A DNA stretch of 64,000 nt, from NCBI RefSeq assembly GCF_009914755.1, contig NC_060942.1; one strand, 5' to 3'. This DNA is from the human T2T-CHM13v2.0 reference genome, Homo sapiens. The notes beneath the pieces are model-generated. The model was not told the origin of the DNA and made no database searches. It saw nothing but the letters and a program-made list of their open reading frames with translations. Shown in pieces: positions 56,239 to 64,000 of this stretch (the stretch's first letter is position 1; the number at the start of each line of letters is the position of its first letter). The translations under genes and the position numbers were made by a program.

Positions 56239-59161
56239 CTGAAACAGAATTAGAAAAGGTTTAGCATAAAACTAGTGCATCAAGTAAAATAAAAAACTAG
56301 AAAATTCAGAAAGGGAGGGCATTAGTAAATACTGCTTGTACAAGAACTCTAAAGCGTATCCCTTAACAAAATACTGTCCCCTGCAAACAATCATTACTAT
56401 CATAAATCATTAAGCAAACATGGAAACACAAAAAAAACAAAATTTCCTTAAAATGACTTTGTTAATGTTGCTACCCGCTGTTACAAATTATTTTAAAATT
56501 CATTTTAATAACAAATATAATTTAAAGCAACATTAGTGTATCAGCAGCTCTCTTGCATAAAATTTCATTACGTACTGTTTAAATCTCTTGTAAAAATATG
56601 CCATGCACAGTTCATACGGACAATCTTTTCAATAACTGAGTTTTTTCCCTTCAGATTTCTAGAAATGTTTCATCTATACAGAAATTGAATCCCCTTGGGT
56701 CCTTTTAATATATATGACAGCTCACCGCAAAAAAATCTTACTTTTACACCTTTGGAATGATATCGTGTTTAATCAATAATGTTTTAATATTCCAATTATT
56801 CTCCCTCTGAATAAACAAGCCCAGAAGGGAAAATCTGAATTCTTTTATATCAAACATTTAATTACCTCTGCTATCTGTAATAGAAGCTTTAGCCAATTAA
56901 GACTAAAAGTTAAGAGTCCGAGTTGGTTTTTCATCATTCTAATGCTTTGGAACAGTAAAGAAAAATTCTGTCCTTCTCCAGAATGAAATAAATACATGAA
57001 AACTTCAGCCCAGGAGTCTTGATGAGGTAGCTGGTTAGTTTCCAAGTTTTATAACAGCATGGTTTTGTGACTCTCCAATTATGAGATAATAATTAAACAT
57101 AATAATTTCTATGCATGTATATTTGTTACAGACTTTATGAGTTTACTTCATAATTATGCTGTCTCAAAAGTTTAAGAGGAAAAACATACCGATTTATCAT
57201 TCTATCATCTTTTAACATTCCAAGCAATCTTGGCTTTGAGGGTTAAATAATTCATCTAAGTAAAGTGGAGCTGAAGAAAGAGTACTGATTGTAGCAATTA
57301 AAAGGCCAGTTAGTTTCAGTGCCAGTTTTGCCATTTTGAGCAAGTCACTTAAGTTTTCAGGGGCTGATTCAGCTGTAAGATCAAGGGACTCAGGATATGC
57401 TCCTCCAGAACCTGCCCCACCCTACCAGTATTCAAAAGTATTAGCACAATACCATAATCACGCAATCTAAATAAAAGGAACATCCATTTAACATTAACTG
57501 TCACTTTTTTATGCACGTGAATCATAATCTTCACTTACTGGGGGAAAAAAAAAACCACTAACATGATCTGCTAATAAATGCAGTTATTTCTTAAATAGAA
57601 CCATTGGATGACCAAAAAAAGTCCTTAAAAAGCACGAATCCAGTCCTCAACCTAATGATTTCACAACTTATTATCTCCAGTATATTCCTCAAACTATTGA
57701 ACTTCACCATTAAAATATCTGTCTCACATCTAATATCAATCTCTCCCATTGTAGAATAAGGCAATTAATTTAGAGCCCATTTTTCTGTTCAGCTGAGAAT
57801 GGAAAATAATTGATCAGCATCCTCCGAATTAATCATTATCCATGATAAATATCTTCAGACTTATGTAACAGAAACTATAAAAAAAAAAGAAAAACTCTGG
57901 ACTTTTCCTGTGTACAAAAATAAAAAAGGTGAGCCCTCCAGAAACGCAGTTTTGCGTGAGTGCGTACTTGGAGCTGTTTGCCAGGCTGCAGACTTAACTC
58001 AGAGCACTATATGAAAGCACTGCATTTCCAGGCACTGCCAAGCCCGTTTGTTCATAAAATAAAGCAACAGTTGGGCAAATGTCAAAAGCCACACTACGAA
58101 GAACCTGACAGTAAACAGAAACCGATTAGCATAATCTACGTGGTCTGAGTGGTACTAAAACTTGACCTTTTTTTCTATTTTGATCTTTGCTACACAGCAT
58201 AAAACAAAACAAAAATATTTAAAGTAAACTGCTAAATACAGCAGCAACTTCTGAAAGTCTAGGTCAGTAAAATTTAGAATGCTGCCTTGCTTGCAGGCAA
58301 CAAGGGGTAGAGGACAATAAAGAACCTTTGTGTTCCGACTGGCAGTAACACAGCAGCGACTGCAGCAGCTCTATCCTTTAAAAAGGAGGCAGCTCCCTGT
58401 GTATTTATCACGACTTACATTAACTGGTCACGACAGTCTCCACCATTAGACTGTAAGCTCCAGGAAGGCAAGGACCATGACTCACCACAGTAGCCTCAGC
58501 GCCTAAAATAGGCGCTCAATAAATATTTGCTGCAGAATAAATGAATAGGCGGCGATGCAGAAGGGAAGAAGAGGCTCTGGGGACAACCCCAGAGTCCATG
58601 GGGACCTTCCTTGCCCGCTCCTCAAACTCTATACTAAGGTTCCCTCCAGCGTTCCCCAAGTCCTCCTGCGAGCTCCCAAACTCGGCTGAGTTTGCAGGGC
58701 GGCGACCAGCGCACCGACTTCCCCTCTGCCTGCCGCGACCCGCGGTGGGGTCCGCACGAAGCAGCCGCGGCACGCGGGGCGGGGCGACGCCAAAGTAACT
58801 CCGGAGCAACGCGCGGGGCCGCCGGTCCGACACACGCCCTTCCCTGAGCGGCCGCCGCCGGGCGCACGCGCCCCGCAGCCCGAACGCCGCCCCATCCCTA
58901 GAGAAATCAGGCGGCGGCTGTTTGGGCTTTTGTGTCTGTAGAAAAACGCGTAAATGCGTGAAAGACTCCGAGAAAAACCGGTTCACCCTCTTCCGCCACC
59001 CACTCAGGCACAGCCAGCAGTCCGTGTTCCCAAACACTGCTGATTCCCAGCAGGCCCGCCTCCGCCTCGGCCCGGTCGACTCCGGGCCCGGCCCTTCCCC
59101 CCGCGTCTGTCTCTCCCAGAGGCGGTAAGGGCCTGGCATCCGCAACCCCGCGCGGTTTCAC

Positions 59162-59230
59162 CTTCTGAATCGCAGCGGGAGTGATCTCCCCCTTGCCTCG
59201 CTGCCTCGGGGCCGCGAAAGCCACAGACAT
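59162..59230 (-). CDS. SS18: SS18 coding exon 1 (69 nt; MSVAFAAPRQRGKGEITPAAIQK)
   Basis: ATG in GGCAACATGT context at 59228-59230; donor AAG|gtgaaa at 59161; lies in the CpG island. Confidence 0.97.
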
Positions 59231-59756
59231 GTTGCCGCCGTCACCACTATCGGCAAGTCCCGAGCGCTCCGGGTGAACGGCAAACTGGGGGAGAGACGCC
59301 GGCCTCTCGGGCTGAACCACCTCGGGAATGCGGGGAGGGGGGATGCTCCGGGGCCAAGCGGACGGGCGGCGGGGCAGGCCTGAAGGAGGCACTCTGGCCA
59401 GGGATGTCTCGCTTCTGCGCACTCTGGGGGACCCCTAGCCCTGGCCGAACTTTCTTGACCGTCCCTGCATCCCCCGAGCTCTCCTTATGGGCACCCCCTG
59501 GCCCTTTGCGCTAATGGTAGAGTCGCGCCCTAGTCCTCCCTCCGCTTCAGCGATTCAGGAAATGGTCCCGCCGCCGCGGGAGAAGGAGAGGCTGGGGCAG
59601 CCCCTGTCACAGGAAATGCGAGCGGCCCAAGCCGGCCCGCCCCCTTCGCGCCGTGGCAACTTGCCTCCCTCTCCGGCCCTCTGAAGCGTCTCCCCGACTG
59701 TGTTGCAGAGCGTGCCCTAGACCTAGTTCAGTTTTTCCAACTTCATCCTTACTTAC

Positions 59757-59880
59757 GCCTCCTGGCAAGAGTGGCCGCCCCGAGTTGTCCCGGCAGCCCG
59801 GAGAGGGGAGGGAGGTCAAGACTCGGGAGTTCGTGCAAATCCGTGGAGCATCTGCCGAGATAGGGCAGAGGTGGAAGGAC
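59757..59880 (-). other. SS18: Probable alternative non-coding first exon of SS18
   Basis: Donor GGC|gtaagt at 59756-59751 in the upstream part of the CpG island; the 5' boundary is inferred. Confidence 0.55.
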
Positions 59881-60464
59881 AAGGTGAACGCGGATTCGCT
59901 GGTTTAAATGGCTCGGCTACGCCCCAAATGCGCACCTCCGAGTCCACAGTCTCGCACGCACGCACAAAGTCGTGCCTAACAATTGGAAAGTAACCCTGAC
60001 CCGAAACCGGGACACCAAGGTTGTGTCCAGTGCTCAGGGGCAATCGGCCAGCTTGGCTGGAGCGGACAGAGAAGAGCTCGCCTCTTGGGACAAACCCTTA
60101 GCAGGAAAGTGGGTCGATTTCGTCTGACTTGGCTTTTTGGAATTAAGTTGTGAAACAGGGCATCCTCACTCTCTGTTTTTTAAGAGAGTACTTACTTAGT
60201 GCCTTGTAAATTAGGCCCAAGCTGCCAGGCTTCAAGTCAGTGTAAGGGAAAAAGGCAAAGTTTTCAAATTATGGAAGGAACACGGACAAATGTGGGTTTT
60301 GTGTTGCCGTGGGGTTTTAAAGTATTCTGTAAATTTAGACTTCCATATAACACAAAGGGAAAGTTTATATAAAGTGTTACCCAACGTTAATGAATAATAA
60401 AAAATATTTCCATTTTTATATAAATTGGAAAAATAAAGAAAAAATACATTATTTTAAAAATTTA

Positions 60465-60705
60465 ATCACTTGAGGCCAGGAGTTTGAGACCAGCCTGGGC
60501 AACAAAGTGAGACCTCTGTCTCTACAAGAATTTTAAAAATTGGCTGGGTATGGTGGTGTGCACCTGTAGTTCCAGCTACTAAGGAGGCTGAGGTGGAAGA
60601 ATCACTTGAGCCAAGGGGGTGGAGACTGCAGTAAGCCATGACTGCCCCACCACACTCCACCCTGGGTGACACAGCAAGACCCTGTCTCAAAAAAAAAAAA
60701 AGAAA
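60465..60705 (+). mobile_element. 5'-truncated Alu (AluJ-type)
   Basis: Begins at atcacttgaggcc. Confidence 0.9.
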
Positions 60706-62343
60706 AATTAAGTATCAAATAAATGCTCTTCACAAAAATGTCAAGAATGTCATTGATTAAATGCATTGTTTGTTAGGCTTTATACTGGAAACCTAGGGTA
60801 CGATTGTGAATAAGCTGGACATGGAACCTCCTCTCAAGGAGCTTATACACTAATGGGACTAACAGACCAGAAACAAACAAATATGTATATATGCAAAGTC
60901 CCAAGAAAAACTAGCCAAAAAAAAGGGGGAGGAACTAACAGAATGACAGGAACACTTACATGAGTTAGTGTGAAAAGTCTTCCCGATTATATTTAAACTG
61001 GGACCTAAAGGATGAAGACTCAAGCTGTCATAAGAATAAAGGGAAGAAAGTTTATGCTGCTACTGACAGTAATTACTCTTAAAAATTTAATTGTTATCTT
61101 TCACTATTGTAAGCCTTGAAGAAAACACTCTGGTATAGCTGGACTTAAGGTAATCACACCAAATTGGAAAACTGTCAAATTTGGAAACCAATACTTGTCT
61201 ACCACTATCACTGTGCACTCAACACCTAGCATGCAGAGTCATGTCTCAATGCTTTACACAAAAGTACCTTAGTACTTAGTAGCTAAGAACAGTATTTCAA
61301 TAGGAAACATGAATCGTAAATAGTCCTACTGCTCCAGTTCTGTGCATTTGGCAGATAGCACTGAAACTTCAAAGGGCAACATGAACCAGTAGGAACACTT
61401 GTCTAATTTCCATATCCCAGCAAAAAAATAAGTAGTCCAAGGGGGCTTCTATTCCAGGGAGGCACCTGGAGCTAGTTACCTTCTTTATTTAAATTACAGC
61501 TCCCCAAAGGTGAGAAAGGGAAATCCACTGAAAACAGGTTACAGTTGGCCTGAGATGTTTATTTCTTCAGAGTAGCAGGGTAGGGCCCAGAGAACCCATA
61601 GCCTGCAGGCATGGATAGCCACAGTCTTTTCTGTGACACCATGTATGCCATAAAGATACCATTATTTTCTGTGTCTGATCACATGAAATCAGTTGAAAAG
61701 CATTGTTCTATAAGTCCAGCCAGAAATACAAATGATCTCCTTGAGAGAGGATACTTAAAAAGAACTACTTCACCCTCAAGCTTCCTTGCTAAAACCCAAT
61801 CAATCCAATCAGTTAGCCTGACCTGGAAAAATAGAAAATTCGGAAAGAGGAAAGATTGAGACTGAAGCCTGGAAGATCTTTCTTAAAATTTTGGGGCCTT
61901 TGTAATGTAAGAGTCCTGAGCTAGGGGATACTTAGGGGAACATAATAAGTCCCATCTCACCTGACCACTAGTTTTAAGAGGAATCCCAAGGTAGACTGAG
62001 TGGCAGCAGAGTTGGTAGAAGGAGAATAAACAGTCCCTAGCATTTAGTTACGAAGAAAAGGAGAACAAATATGGGAAGTTGGCCTAAGACTGGGAAAGGA
62101 CTCTAAGGACTTAAAGGTAAGATACTCAGGCAACCATCTCCCCAACCAAAAAAATCAGTCCCACTATTTAAACTGCTCTTGAATGAGAGACATCTAAAGA
62201 AGGAATCCAACTCACATAACCAAGAGGTAGAAGGAGTTTGGAATAATCCTAAATTGAAGAACATATAGAGTGGGTCAGAATAAGAAAAATAATCTGTGTG
62301 AACAGTTAATTCTTGATTACTCACACTAATGAATATGAAGTAG

Positions 62344-62747
<404 letters not shown>

Positions 62748-64000
62748 GTGTATTCCTTAAATATATTTTTATGAATTGACAAAGTGAAGTGCTCCTGTAA
62801 TATGTTCAATATTTGGTGAAACTATATAATCATGGCATTAAAAATTATCTTAATCCACAAAAAATATGTACGAATAGGTAACTAAAATAATCTTGCTTTC
62901 ATACAAGCATTTCTTTAATATGTATTGTTTTAGAATTAATAGAGTATCTGCACTACCAAATGTGCTGATATTTTAAGCCCCTGAGCTGTCATAAATTCTT
63001 AGAATACATTGAGAAGGCATAGACCAAGCCTGTCTGCTCATAACTGGGCTCAGAGCAAAACCCTTCAGGTAATATCTTTCAAAATATTTCTGTTCACAGT
63101 CCCTGTGGCATTTGATGAGTCAATTTGAGTTGTGGCTCCCACAGATTTCAAGACTGTAAAGAAAGAAGCATACATCTATATATTTATATAATCATTATTC
63201 AGGCAAGAACAAATCACCTTTCCCAATTCTCCGTAAAGGACTTTTATTTTTGATACTATGGAAGATTTCATTCAAAGTAGACTATAACAAAGCCTATTGG
63301 AGGCATTTTCATCTCCTCTTATAGTGCCAAATATAGAATTAATTATGAACTGAATCAATTATATTTTTGGGTTTAATGATATAGAAAAGTATTGCTTTTT
63401 AAAAAAATTAGTTCCTATGGAAAGCTTTCACTCTTTGTGAAAGATGCATAGGTTTGGAGTTCCCAATTCTTCTACCCATGGCATAATACTGGACAGGTCA
63501 TTTCTGTATCTCACTGGACTTCCTGAAAAACAGCTGCCATATCTAAAAAGCTATTACAAATAATGTTTTTTTATTTAGCATTTATTATGCACTAGCCTCT
63601 GTGCCTTACATTAGATCCCTTAATTAAACGATTACCTTCCATTAGATCCTTTAAGACTGTCTCAATTTTAACATATAAAGTGTGTAAAAATTAATGGGAT
63701 ATTGTAAATTACTAAACAAGGACAAGATTTGCAATGTAATAATATAATTAGGAAAAATGGACATTTTAGGACTATAATCCAAAGTACTTGATAGGGCAGT
63801 CTACCCTTGGGAAATCTGCTGACCTTAAATATCAAATGTTCTTTTTTCACATTTAGCATGTTCTGTGCCCTTGGGCATGATATGCGGTTATTCTGCACTT
63901 AGTAAAAGAATATTACTGTTCTTGAACTAGTTCACAATTTATAGAGAGGATTATAATATACTATCTGTTAACTAATTTCGCTACGAATGCGTGTAGTAGG

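Larger units (their letters stand above)
58640..60020. promoter_or_regulatory. CpG island / SS18 promoter
   Basis: Abrupt GC- and CpG-rich segment around exon 1 in an AT-rich background; GC box gggcggggc near 58777; ETS-like caggaaatg at 59556 and 59610; no obvious TATA box. Confidence 0.92.

Noticed and set aside
59231-59422. In-frame 64-codon open stretch upstream of the SS18 ATG (GTG start)
   Set aside because: It probably extends beyond the main TSS and is expected by chance in GC-rich DNA. The ATG has a good Kozak context, and nothing supports a non-AUG extension.
58516-60043. Several long ORFs (up to 209 aa) on both strands around exon 1
   Set aside because: GC-rich CpG islands lack stop codons. 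The translations are Arg/Pro/Gly/Ala-rich with no recognisable domain, and only 59162-59230 is real coding sequence.

Overview
This is human/primate genomic DNA: AT-rich and dense in Alu, L1, MER and Tigger repeats. It carries most of the SS18 (SYT/SSXT) gene, a BAF/SWI-SNF subunit, on the minus strand. A CpG-island promoter lies at about 58.6-60.0 kb. Coding exons 1-10 (ATG at 59230, down to 1036) have canonical GT-AG sites and join into 1230 nt, or 410 codons, covering the SNH domain and the QPGY low-complexity domain. The window ends inside intron 10, the usual SS18::SSX breakpoint intron in synovial sarcoma, and exon 11 lies outside it. Almost all other ORF-track entries are artefacts of repeats, antisense frames or the CpG island. 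I found no clearly new gene or biological system. The signals most worth a second look are: candidate PTC-containing (poison) exons in introns 2 and 5, one of which would create a perfect re-splicing donor; six consecutive phase-1 introns that each split a Gly codon and make the low-complexity domain modular; an upstream alternative first exon; a 35-nt U2 snRNA retrocopy antisense to the pre-mRNA; a tiny young AluYb8-type insertion; a 24-nt orphan retro-insertion with a 16-bp TSD; and two rearranged Alu junctions. Repeat subfamily names come from recognition by eye and their boundaries are approximate.
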